DNA of 64,000 bases, taken from positions 1-64,000 of the IMG/VR virus record IMGVR_UViG_3300044852_000015. One strand, written 5' to 3'. Position numbers and translations under genes: made by a program. Below the pieces are notes generated by a model. The model saw nothing but the letters and a program-made list of their open reading frames with translations, did not search any database and was not told the DNA's origin. Shown in pieces: positions 18,962-27,544 of this stretch (its first letter is position 1; each line of letters begins with the position of its first letter). Source of the stretch: a virus. Lineage: Duplodnaviria > Caudoviricetes.

Positions 18962-19961
18962 CGGTTGTAAGGTTGATCTGGACGGTACTCAGTATCCTCC
19001 GATGGATGACTGGGTTAAATTCAAGAAACTGGTGGTGTCAGTAGAGGCCGCAGGAATGCACCCGTATGACCTGATCTTAGGTCCCACAGACATCCTCACT
19101 TCGGCTAACCGTGAAGAAGTGATGAATGACTTCCGCATGGTGGATCTGCTCCAACACTTTAAGTTCCTGTCGATCACTTGTGGGTTCTTGAGTACGGACT
19201 TACAGGAGTACGAGTGGTTGGCACGGCAACTGAATGTCATTATGCCGGGCAAAGGGTTGACGCTCACCATTCCTATTAAAGTGGGGTACCTGAACAACCC
19301 GAAGTACACCCAAGGTATCCGTGACCGTCTGAAGTATTTCACTGACCAGTTGATTGACATTACCTTAAACGAGGTGGTGACTACGGTGGTGTACGACGAG
19401 CAAGAGGTCTACAAGATCTCCACTCAGGAACACGTTAACCTCGACATGATCACTCAGTCCCTCGGGGTTCACTTCGGTCGTAAGAAAGACATCGACTTTG
19501 TGATCCACCACGGTCGTGAAGGTTTTGCTAACTTGCTCAATCGTGATCGGTTCTTACGCTCTGCTCGCAGTCTGGCGCTGGTCACTCGTGACGCCAAAGA
19601 GAGCCTGCCGGAATACGGCATAAAAGAAACCAACGACATGGTTCCTCATGAAGGTCGTGACACTACGGTGATCTACAACAATGGGCGCCTGTACCACCGT
19701 CCGTTCTTGATGGAACACTTACCTTACTTCGATCCAATCTTTGAAGTTAAAGGTGAGTGGGTAGCGAACACCCTGATCGAAGAGCGTAGTGAGCAATTGG
19801 TAGAAGGCCTCACGTTCGCTGTAGAGCACCCTCTGTGTAAAGGTTGCCCTGCCATGACTCTGTGTGCTGATCGTGGCGTACACGCGATTATGAAGCACCT
19901 CGGAGCCCAAGAGTGCATCACTGACCTAAACCAAAGCTTGGAGGGTATCTCGTGGACGTAA
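18885..19961 (+). CDS. Atypical radical SAM-like protein 5 (paralogue of protein 4)
   Basis: CRNRCNGC, LGPTDIL, and C-terminal CKGCPAMTLC...C. Confidence 0.75.
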   Translation: MSLVQDHARHFDLQLDLTIGCRNRCNGCKVDLDGTQYPPMDDWVKFKKLVVSVEAAGMHPYDLILGPTDILTSANREEVMNDFRMVDLLQHFKFLSITCGFLSTDLQEYEWLARQLNVIMPGKGLTLTIPIKVGYLNNPKYTQGIRDRLKYFTDQLIDITLNEVVTTVVYDEQEVYKISTQEHVNLDMITQSLGVHFGRKKDIDFVIHHGREGFANLLNRDRFLRSARSLALVTRDAKESLPEYGIKETNDMVPHEGRDTTVIYNNGRLYHRPFLMEHLPYFDPIFEVKGEWVANTLIEERSEQLVEGLTFAVEHPLCKGCPAMTLCADRGVHAIMKHLGAQECITDLNQSLEGISWT

Positions 19962-20446
19962 TTCAGCCGTGGACTATCGCCATCGGTCGCTTTGATCTCG
20001 GGACTTCGTGTACTGAGACTTCCTTTTATGGTGAGTTGGAACATTCCCGCATTAGACCCAGGGTGTGGGAGTACGTGGAAAAGGTGTTCGACAAACACGA
20101 CTCCAGTTGGTTGGTGAATCGCAATACCGTCCTGCGCAAGTTGTCACCTAACCAAATGAAAGACCCGGAGGTCAGTCGGGGTGGGTTCTTGACTTCGTTG
20201 TTGTGTCTTGTGGAGTCCGATGCTGAGATTGTACTGATGGACCCTCGGTCGTTTATCCAACGGGGAATTCCACCAGAGATCCAAGCGCTCACCACGGGTA
20301 ACCATGTGATCCGTCCCAAGCTGGGTGAGTTGTATGTGTTTCCGTCCTACGTCACGGTTTACGTGAGACCCGGTAAGTTGGGTCGGACTGACCTGATCTG
20401 TGATTACGATTACGACAAACCCCGCACCGAACGGGATAACCTCTAA
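19952..20446 (+). CDS. Degenerate 2OG-Fe(II) oxygenase-like protein, apparently lacking the metal ligands
   Basis: Aligns with the next ORF (IQPW, MDPR, P..G.LY.FPSY) but has no HxH and no distal His. Confidence 0.6.
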   Translation: MDVIQPWTIAIGRFDLGTSCTETSFYGELEHSRIRPRVWEYVEKVFDKHDSSWLVNRNTVLRKLSPNQMKDPEVSRGGFLTSLLCLVESDAEIVLMDPRSFIQRGIPPEIQALTTGNHVIRPKLGELYVFPSYVTVYVRPGKLGRTDLICDYDYDKPRTERDNL

Positions 20447-20455
20447 GGGGTACGT

Positions 20456-21013
20456 ATGGAACTGATACAACCGTGGCAAACCACCATCCTGAAACATAAC
20501 GTGTCGGATGAAGTAGACTTGGAACAACTGGTGACTGAACTGATCACCACCAGTAATTTAACCGAGACTGCACACAAAGCTCGCACTACCGCAGAACGTA
20601 ACCCGTATGCAACGGCGGTGCGAGACACGGTGGTAACTCCGAAAGCACAAGCGTACATCGAGCAGGTGTACGGGCTGGTGACAGAACACAAACTGTACTC
20701 CACCGGTTCTTTCGGTAAGCTGGTAACAGACGGCTCAGGAATGGACCCACACGCTCACCCTACGACGTTCCTGTCCGCAGTGTTGTACTTGGACGACTCC
20801 GATGCCACGATGGCTATAATGGACCCTAGACGTTGTCAACAACGAGCCCTGCCTCGTGAGATCCATGCGTTCGATAACGACTTCTACAACATCCTCCCAC
20901 GTGCTGGCGACTTGTACCTGTTCCCCAGTTACCTGCTCCACCTAGTACGTGCTTCCAAACCCGGCTTCCGGTTGTCCTTCGTGACGGACTACCGCTTCGA
21001 ATCAGAGTACTGA
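20456..21013 (+). CDS. 2OG-Fe(II) oxygenase (TIGR02466-like)
   Basis: HAHP..LSAVLYL...PRAGDLYLFPSYLLHLV...RLSF provides the HxH...H triad plus the Arg. Confidence 0.75.
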   Translation: MELIQPWQTTILKHNVSDEVDLEQLVTELITTSNLTETAHKARTTAERNPYATAVRDTVVTPKAQAYIEQVYGLVTEHKLYSTGSFGKLVTDGSGMDPHAHPTTFLSAVLYLDDSDATMAIMDPRRCQQRALPREIHAFDNDFYNILPRAGDLYLFPSYLLHLVRASKPGFRLSFVTDYRFESEY

Positions 21014-21014
21014 C

Positions 21015-22385
21015 ATGCAAACCAAACCACCGATCATCCTCAGTCTGAATCCAACATATTACTGTAACTTCAGTTGTTCCTTCTGTTACTTGACCCCAGC
21101 ACAACTGAATGACCGCAAACTGTTGGACCTGAACAAACTGGAAACCCGACTGGATGAGATCTTGGAACACTACTCGATTGAGTGGGTGGACATCTACGGT
21201 GGTGAGGTTCTGCTGTTACCTGACGTTTACCTCTCAGCACTCGTGGCGTTACTGAAGACTAAACAAGTGGGCGGGATAGGTTTGAACACCAACCTCTCAC
21301 TGATCAAGGACATCGTCTTCGATCCAGCGGTACACGTGTCGGTGAGTTACGATTTCGAGGCGAGGGAGAAACACGAGTTAGTGTTCGCTAATATGGCGAA
21401 GCTGACCAACCCATTCTCGGTGCTGTTGTTGGGGAGTCCTGCGTTACTCAAGAAGCCTGCTGGTGAAATCATCACGGCGCTTAACACGTTCCCCAACTTG
21501 GTAACTGTAGAAGTCAAACCCTACAGTCCGAACAGTGCCAACGACTTACCCGTCACCTATAACCAGTTCGAGAACTTCGTTAAGGACTTGATTATCTGTG
21601 ACGTTCCAAAGCGGTTTAGTCTGACCAATGAAACGCTGATCCAAGAAGCCTTGACGGGTCTGCGCAATGCCTACTCGGATAACCATTTGTACATCACCCC
21701 TCGTGGTCGATACGCCGTGTTGGAGTTTGACTCTCAGGATCGTGAGTACTTCTTGGAGTACACTGACCTGACGAAATACTTCGAGTGGTGTGCTCAAGAG
21801 AAAGCCAAAGTAGCGGTCAACTCGTACTGTGGGTCATGTGAGTTTAAAGGACGGTGCCTGTCCGAACACTTGCGTGACGTCACGACTTTAGAGACAGGTT
21901 GCAACGGTGGCTATCACTTGCTCAAATGGGCAGAAGACCGTCAGCGTCCTAAAGAATGGAAGATCTACCAACAGGTTTACAATCGGTTGGTGTCTGAACA
22001 CTCCGATGACTTCGCCAAGGTGGAGTACATCGAAGCTGAAGAACTGGTGGAGAACGCGCTACACTATTTCCGTGAGGCTACGTTCCCACTGATCTACCCG
22101 GCCAAGTCTTACGCAGCGGCCATCGTCTACGCCACCTTAATAGAGCAAACCTACGGGTATCCTTTGAGAGAGTCGTTAAACGATGACGACTTGTTCCTAG
22201 GTCAAGACGCTTACTTCGTGCCTTACCGTAAGAACCCAGACGCCTACGAGGCCATCCTCAAACGTTTGGAAACCTTCCCAGATTGGCTGACCTCAGGGTG
22301 GGCTCCTCGCACGGCAGAGTACTTCCGTCTGGAGTGTACCGAGGACGGGATCAACGAAGTCAACGCTAACCTGATTAGTCAATAA
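21015..22385 (+). CDS. Radical SAM protein 6 with a fused ~150-aa C-terminal domain
   Basis: CNFSCSFC, YGGEV and CGSCEFKGRC...C, followed by an extra helical region (YPAKSYAAAIVYA...). Confidence 0.85.
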   Translation: MQTKPPIILSLNPTYYCNFSCSFCYLTPAQLNDRKLLDLNKLETRLDEILEHYSIEWVDIYGGEVLLLPDVYLSALVALLKTKQVGGIGLNTNLSLIKDIVFDPAVHVSVSYDFEAREKHELVFANMAKLTNPFSVLLLGSPALLKKPAGEIITALNTFPNLVTVEVKPYSPNSANDLPVTYNQFENFVKDLIICDVPKRFSLTNETLIQEALTGLRNAYSDNHLYITPRGRYAVLEFDSQDREYFLEYTDLTKYFEWCAQEKAKVAVNSYCGSCEFKGRCLSEHLRDVTTLETGCNGGYHLLKWAEDRQRPKEWKIYQQVYNRLVSEHSDDFAKVEYIEAEELVENALHYFREATFPLIYPAKSYAAAIVYATLIEQTYGYPLRESLNDDDLFLGQDAYFVPYRKNPDAYEAILKRLETFPDWLTSGWAPRTAEYFRLECTEDGINEVNANLISQ

Positions 22386-22395
22386 GGACGCCGTT

Positions 22396-23073
22396 ATGTT
22401 TGCAGTAACCAACAAGGGCGAGATCAAGAAGCTTCAACAGACGCTGAAAGACAAAGGTCTCTACACCGGGATCGTTGATGGCATCTGGGGTCCGCTCAGT
22501 CAAGCCGCGCTGGATAAATCCAAAGGGGAGAAAGTCGTGACAGCACCGTTCGATACCACTCGCATCATCTGGGCCACTAAGGTCTCCAAAGAGTTCATCC
22601 TCGGAGTCCGTGATATTGCCAAACGTCTTGAGATGCCCACTGAGGGGGCTAACTGGTTGATGGCGTGTATGGCCTTCGAGACCGGTGAAACCTTCTCACC
22701 GACGATCAAGAACGGCGCTGGGGCTCCGTACTACGGCTTGATCCAATTCGGTGATGCCGCAGCCAAAGATGCTGGCACTACACTCGAGGCTCTACTCAAG
22801 ATGACTGCTGTCGAGCAGCTTGAGTACGTGTACCGTTTCTTCAAGCCGTACACCGGCAAACTGAAGTCCCTCAGCGATTGCTACTCCAGAATCATCTGGC
22901 CCGTAGCTGTGGGTAAGCCAGAAGACTACGTGATCTTCGACCAGAAAGTACGTCCTACTGCGTACCTTCAGAACAAGGGTCTGGACATCAACAAGGACAC
23001 CATCGTCACTAAAGCGGAATGTGCGGCGAAGGTTCAAGAAAAATACGTGCGTGGACAGCAGTTCATCGCCTAA
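22396..23073 (+). CDS. Modular endolysin: peptidoglycan-binding domain plus lysozyme-fold (transglycosylase-like) domain
   Basis: LQQTLKDKGLYTGIVDGIWGPLS (PG_binding_1 signature DGxxG) and catalytic-type MAFETG...GLIQF. Confidence 0.85.
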   Translation: MFAVTNKGEIKKLQQTLKDKGLYTGIVDGIWGPLSQAALDKSKGEKVVTAPFDTTRIIWATKVSKEFILGVRDIAKRLEMPTEGANWLMACMAFETGETFSPTIKNGAGAPYYGLIQFGDAAAKDAGTTLEALLKMTAVEQLEYVYRFFKPYTGKLKSLSDCYSRIIWPVAVGKPEDYVIFDQKVRPTAYLQNKGLDINKDTIVTKAECAAKVQEKYVRGQQFIA

Positions 23074-23085
23074 TGGAATCTAGAC

Positions 23086-24651
23086 ATGAGCAAGCTAGCT
23101 GCGTACCTCCCGTCGATGGAGGAAGAACCCTACACCCCAGACATCCATGATGATGCCACGGAGTTCACCCAGTACGCTGTGACTACGGCGGGTGTTGAAG
23201 TCGATCAAGCTATCGCCGACCACACCACCACTGCTGAAATCGTTGCCACGTTGGAAAGTATCCTCGACGACATCGAAGCTACCAACCAACTGACCACGAT
23301 GGATCGGGTGTTTATCGGACATTCGATTCAGTCTGTTCAACGCCGTACCGGACTGGTTATCCACACCGCTTCCATGGAGTCGAATGACGAAGACGGACGG
23401 ACTGTCTCCATGGAAGGGCTTGCTCAGGGGTTGGCTAAACTCTGGGAAGGGATGGTGGAGCTGATCCGCAAAATCCTTCGTGGTATCCGTGACTTCTTTG
23501 CCATGCTCTTTGGCTTCGGTAAACGCAAAGAGAAGCGCATCAAATTCCAACTGGAAAAAGCCAAGGAAGGCGGTAACGATGCGGCGATCTCCAAGCTGGT
23601 TGAGAAGAACCTCGCCAAGCACGTTAAAGACATCGAAGTGGTCAAGAAGATCCTCGACAACCTAGTTGCCACGCCACTGGAAAAGGAACGTCCAGAGCAA
23701 CTGGTTCTACTGTCCCCAGCGTCAGCCCAGATCGTGGTGCGTGAAAGCGATCACCCCGTGGATTCTTCTCGCCCGATGACTGTCGGTGGGCAAGACATCG
23801 TGGCCATGCGTAAGAAAGACGTGCAAGCTGTGAGCCAAATGACTTTGGGTCCCATTAAACACGCACTGGTTACAGCCATGGCGGTTAACGGTGGTCGTGT
23901 GTTCTTGATGAAACAGGCCGATGGTGTGTTGATGTCTCACGAGGACGTCAACGAGATGGTCTGGGACACAGCGTTCCGGGGTAAGGAAGGTCGGCAACGA
24001 GGTAAGGACTTGGCCGCTCTGTTGATGAAGATTGCTACCAAAGCTGAGAAAGCTTTTACTAGCGTTCACGCCCTCAACCGACACACAGTCAACATCCGCA
24101 AGGAGATCGTTGAAGCCACTCGCTCTGAACGGGAGATGGTCTACAAGATCTTCCGTGAGTTCGTGGGTAAGGGTGACATGATCCCTGTGGGTTCTGCGAT
24201 GGTACGGGTGTCTGAGCACAAGCCTGAACTGTTACAGATTGCTGACTTCGAGCACGTCCCAGTGGTTAGCGAGACCATCGGTCGTCCCTTGAAGATCAAG
24301 TTCCCGCAGTACGGCGAAGTGAAGAAAGCGTCTGACGGTATTGTCACGGTTACACTGTTGAGCAACTTCAACGGTTCGATCGACGCAGCCCTTAAAGGGT
24401 TTGATGACGTGCTGAAAGTCTACGAGCGCTTACAAGCATGGGCAATCAGTCATGCGAAGGGCGATCAGATTACTCAGCGTCAGGTCGCCAATACCATCCG
24501 ACTTCTGTATGACGAGCCGGTGAAGTACTTCAGCTCGTACATCCGTGCGGTTGGGGTGATGGAAACAGTCGTGATTGGTTGGGGTGATTCGATCACTAAC
24601 CCGCTCAGTAAACTGACTGACTCCAAAAAGATGATGGAAGAACTCGCCTAA
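23086..24651 (+). CDS. Internal head protein with an acidic propeptide
   Basis: Three S-M-E sites in the first 110 aa (PSME, ASME, VSME), then an amphipathic helix. This fits phiKZ head proteins processed by the prohead protease. Confidence 0.7.
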   Translation: MSKLAAYLPSMEEEPYTPDIHDDATEFTQYAVTTAGVEVDQAIADHTTTAEIVATLESILDDIEATNQLTTMDRVFIGHSIQSVQRRTGLVIHTASMESNDEDGRTVSMEGLAQGLAKLWEGMVELIRKILRGIRDFFAMLFGFGKRKEKRIKFQLEKAKEGGNDAAISKLVEKNLAKHVKDIEVVKKILDNLVATPLEKERPEQLVLLSPASAQIVVRESDHPVDSSRPMTVGGQDIVAMRKKDVQAVSQMTLGPIKHALVTAMAVNGGRVFLMKQADGVLMSHEDVNEMVWDTAFRGKEGRQRGKDLAALLMKIATKAEKAFTSVHALNRHTVNIRKEIVEATRSEREMVYKIFREFVGKGDMIPVGSAMVRVSEHKPELLQIADFEHVPVVSETIGRPLKIKFPQYGEVKKASDGIVTVTLLSNFNGSIDAALKGFDDVLKVYERLQAWAISHAKGDQITQRQVANTIRLLYDEPVKYFSSYIRAVGVMETVVIGWGDSITNPLSKLTDSKKMMEELA

Positions 24652-24656
24652 CAGGC

Positions 24657-24694
24657 GGCATAGAGAGAGGGCTCACGCCCTCTCTCGTTATGCC
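24657..24694. terminator. Bidirectional terminator with GGCATA/TATGCC flanks
   Basis: GAGAGAGGGC-tcac-GCCCTCTCTC between convergent genes. Confidence 0.8.
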
Positions 24695-25104
24695 CCTTGT
24701 ACTCCGAGCAACAACTTCACCAGCTCCATGCCGGTACTGAAGATGGTGTTCAAGACTTGTACGTCCATCCCACCTTCTTCATTGGAATACATAAAGGTCG
24801 ACATCGCTCCAATCACCACCATAGCCAACGCAATGATCACCGCACCGGCTTTCATCACGTTCACCCCACGGGATGAGCTTGGATCGAAGCCGTCCAGGTT
24901 ACCGATGTCCATGGTCAGAATAGTGACTTGAACCTTATCGTCCATAGACACCACTTTACCCATGACTTCGTCACCAGTGTCGGTCAGAGTTATCTGCTTG
25001 TCGTCTGGCAGATGGAAATTGCAGATCTTGACGATCATTCCTCCCCACGACTTACTGCCGATAGCCTGCGAACCGAGAACCCCTAGCGCGCCTCCGATGT
25101 TCAT
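24688..25104 (-). CDS. Membrane protein
   Basis: Hydrophobic helix AGAVIIALAMVVIGAMSTFMY. Start moved to MNIGG. Confidence 0.6.
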   Translation of the reverse strand: MNIGGALGVLGSQAIGSKSWGGMIVKICNFHLPDDKQITLTDTGDEVMGKVVSMDDKVQVTILTMDIGNLDGFDPSSSRGVNVMKAGAVIIALAMVVIGAMSTFMYSNEEGGMDVQVLNTIFSTGMELVKLLLGVQGA

Positions 25105-25138
25105 ATAACTCCCCTTTGCTCGCAATGCGTGCTATGTA

Positions 25139-25381
25139 TCAACCGTCCATCTGGTGTCTCTGGATAATCTGAACTCTGGTTTGAGTCTTCAATCCTCTTG
25201 CCTCTATTTCCAACTGCTGATTGGTTCCTTCCAAGCTCTCTGCCTTTTGAGCAGCTTCGGCTAAAGCTTTCGCAGTGTCATCGTAGTACCAGTACAGCCC
25301 ATAGAACAGACTGGTGACTAGAAGAAGTCGGAGACTATGTTTACCAGTCCCCTTAAATACTAACGCCATCCGTGAATTCAT
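25139..25381 (-). CDS. Small membrane-anchored coiled-coil protein
   Basis: Transmembrane-like LLLVTSLFYGLYWYY followed by a heptad-rich segment. Confidence 0.55.
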   Translation of the reverse strand: MNSRMALVFKGTGKHSLRLLLVTSLFYGLYWYYDDTAKALAEAAQKAESLEGTNQQLEIEARGLKTQTRVQIIQRHQMDG

Positions 25382-25968
25382 ATCCCCGCACCCTTAACGA
25401 AATTGATTAACGCTAAGCATTTGAAGTAACCCACCGCGATGCTGTCAGTGGAGTGCTCATCGAGGTCTTCGATGCGCTTCCCAGATTCATTTCGGAAGTT
25501 AGGTAACTTCAGAATGGCCCACTTGACATCGTCCTTGTTCTTGCTTTTACCAGACACACCCACCGCCATCTTCGCAGACGGTGGATCGACTGTTTCCAAT
25601 GGCATACATAAGTCGTATTCGTAGAGTGCCCGGCGAATAGCAGTTTTACATTCAACCAGTGCTTCGAATGCCTGTGGAAACCGCCCTAGGAAGGGCGATT
25701 CGCAGATCAAGGAATGGATACCGAAGTATCGCATCCAGTTCAACAGCTCCACGCCGTGAGAATGGAGTTTAGCCCATCGACCACCGTGTACTTCTTCTAC
25801 GCCGGGATACCGACGCATGTTACGGCTCCCGTGTAGGGTGTTGACGTCCCGAAGGATAATCTCGCCCGTGAACAGGTCCACATCGAGGATACAAGTCCCC
25901 AAGGTGTCTGTACCAGGGTCGATAGCGCCTACACGAAAGTAACGACTGTGTTCAGGGATAAACAACAT
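25378..25968 (-). CDS. ruvC: RuvC-like Holliday junction resolvase
   Basis: GAIDPGT...ICESPF...P.SAK.AV...K.DV...DEHSTDSIAVG matches the RuvC acidic tetrad. Confidence 0.85.
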   Translation of the reverse strand: MLFIPEHSRYFRVGAIDPGTDTLGTCILDVDLFTGEIILRDVNTLHGSRNMRRYPGVEEVHGGRWAKLHSHGVELLNWMRYFGIHSLICESPFLGRFPQAFEALVECKTAIRRALYEYDLCMPLETVDPPSAKMAVGVSGKSKNKDDVKWAILKLPNFRNESGKRIEDLDEHSTDSIAVGYFKCLALINFVKGAGI

Positions 25969-25974
25969 AAGCGA

Positions 25975-26841
25975 TTAACCGTTGTTAGCACTCACGTAGT
26001 CGGCGTCAGACAGCAACGGCTCGGTAGCACCCAGTTCGATGTCCTGAGTGAAGCCTTTGTTGGTGAAGGCTACGGAGTGGTGAGTGGTAATGAAGGAGTT
26101 GATCTGACAGGCGATCACTTCTTTCATGTTGAACTGCGTGTTACCAGGACCTTGAACAGTCAGGGTACGGTCAACACCGGAGCACAGACCGATCTCGGAG
26201 ATCACGGCGTAGGCTTCGTTGTCGAACAGAATGCGGCAAGCGTCGATCAGTTCCTTTACGTCCTCGGCACTGAAGATCAGTGTCAGGATGCTGGAGGTCG
26301 ACAGATAATCACCAGACGAACTGATCACACCGGTGTTCGACATCACAGGTGGTGTCGGGTTCAGGTTGGCCAGGTTCGGTACGTACGGTTCGGTGTTCTT
26401 CAACTCACCGTCGACGATCGTGTGGTTGATAGCCGGAGCAGTGCTCGCCAAGCTGATGCGCTTGAGGTAGTACGCCCAGTAGTTAGTGCCACCGATGTTG
26501 AGCAACACCCGCAGAGCGTAACGACCACGAGCGACGACGTCTAGGTCATTGTCGACACGGCGCAGCACAAAAGGCAGATGACGATAAAGAGCAGCGTCGG
26601 AAGCTCGGTGTGGCAAAGGAGATGTGTAAGGAACGCCATCAGCACCTACCATGTTCTTATGGCCACCGTTACCGATACAGTAGTACTGCATCGCGGGGCG
26701 TTCTGTGGTAGCCAGCTCTTCGTCAACAAAGACGTTGAACTTTTCGTTGAGCGTGGTGTGGTCCAGAATCGTTGGGCGTTGACCCAGAAGCAATGAGGTC
26801 TGAAGGCTGGAGCCCCAGACACTACGGGTAATTGTTTTCAT
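25975..26841 (-). CDS. Virion structural protein (conserved phiKZ-like, next to RuvC)
   Basis: Start moved to MKTITRS. Contains IGNGGH and ISEIGLCSG motifs like myophage baseplate/tail proteins. Confidence 0.6.
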   Translation of the reverse strand: MKTITRSVWGSSLQTSLLLGQRPTILDHTTLNEKFNVFVDEELATTERPAMQYYCIGNGGHKNMVGADGVPYTSPLPHRASDAALYRHLPFVLRRVDNDLDVVARGRYALRVLLNIGGTNYWAYYLKRISLASTAPAINHTIVDGELKNTEPYVPNLANLNPTPPVMSNTGVISSSGDYLSTSSILTLIFSAEDVKELIDACRILFDNEAYAVISEIGLCSGVDRTLTVQGPGNTQFNMKEVIACQINSFITTHHSVAFTNKGFTQDIELGATEPLLSDADYVSANNG

Positions 26842-26925
26842 TTGAAAAACCTTTATCAACAAGGAGTGACAGAGTCGACACAGGGCCAACTAAATTAATC
26901 TGGTTCACAGTATAACTGTACAGAA

Positions 26926-26953
26926 CGGCATAGAGAGGGACCGAAGTCCCTCC
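26926..26953 (-). terminator. Intrinsic terminator
   Basis: Minus strand reads GAGGGAC-TTCG-GTCCCTC-TCTATGCCG. Confidence 0.75.
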
Positions 26954-26959
26954 CGATGT

Positions 26960-27532
26960 TTAAGCATCCATCGTAGTGACGGAACCCAGCGTAGTAGTGC
27001 CCGCCAAGTAATCCAATTGACCCCCATTAGGATCAACCACCTTAATGTAGAAACTCCCGCCCCCAGCACTCTTCGGAATGAACCGAGGAGACTTGTCGGC
27101 CACCTTCAACTCGAACACCCCAGCCACTGCCATCACAGCAGTGATCTGAGTAGCGTCAGTCATCAACGTGTTCGTGTTGGGAATCAAGACGTCTTGTGCC
27201 TCGATTACCAAACCGTACTGAACTTTGAGACTGGCTTTCAGTGTAGCGAAACTGAAAGGGAACGTGGCTGGAAACGGTAGCTGCACCACACCGTTCATCA
27301 AGGTAGTGACGTTACCGCGTTTGTACTTCAGAGTCATCGACCCTTTGTACTTGCCTGGAGTGCCGTCAGTCGCTGTGATCCGAGCGTTAGCCACCACCGT
27401 GATCAGGTCAGCGGAGTTGGTGTAAATCAGATCCAGATGAGGAATCTCCAGAAACACATCGTTCGAGTCTTGGAACAATGCGACCAGCGTTTCGTCACCC
27501 GTGTTCTTTAAAACGGTTGCTAATTCCAACAC
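26960..27532 (-). CDS. Putative virion/baseplate protein
   Basis: GTG start with RBS AAGGAG. The YKGSMTLKYKR segment parallels FVGEANFKYNR in the neighbouring gene. Confidence 0.6.
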   Translation of the reverse strand: MLELATVLKNTGDETLVALFQDSNDVFLEIPHLDLIYTNSADLITVVANARITATDGTPGKYKGSMTLKYKRGNVTTLMNGVVQLPFPATFPFSFATLKASLKVQYGLVIEAQDVLIPNTNTLMTDATQITAVMAVAGVFELKVADKSPRFIPKSAGGGSFYIKVVDPNGGQLDYLAGTTTLGSVTTMDA

Positions 27533-27544
27533 GGCGTTTACTCC

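Noticed and set aside
11884-22385. 7-deazaguanine/queuosine, molybdopterin, PQQ or anaerobic RNR-activase pathway
   Set aside because: No FolE, QueC, QueD, DpdA, MoaC, PqqB-D or NrdD genes are recognisable in the window. The rSAM proteins carry SPASM-like auxiliary cysteines instead.
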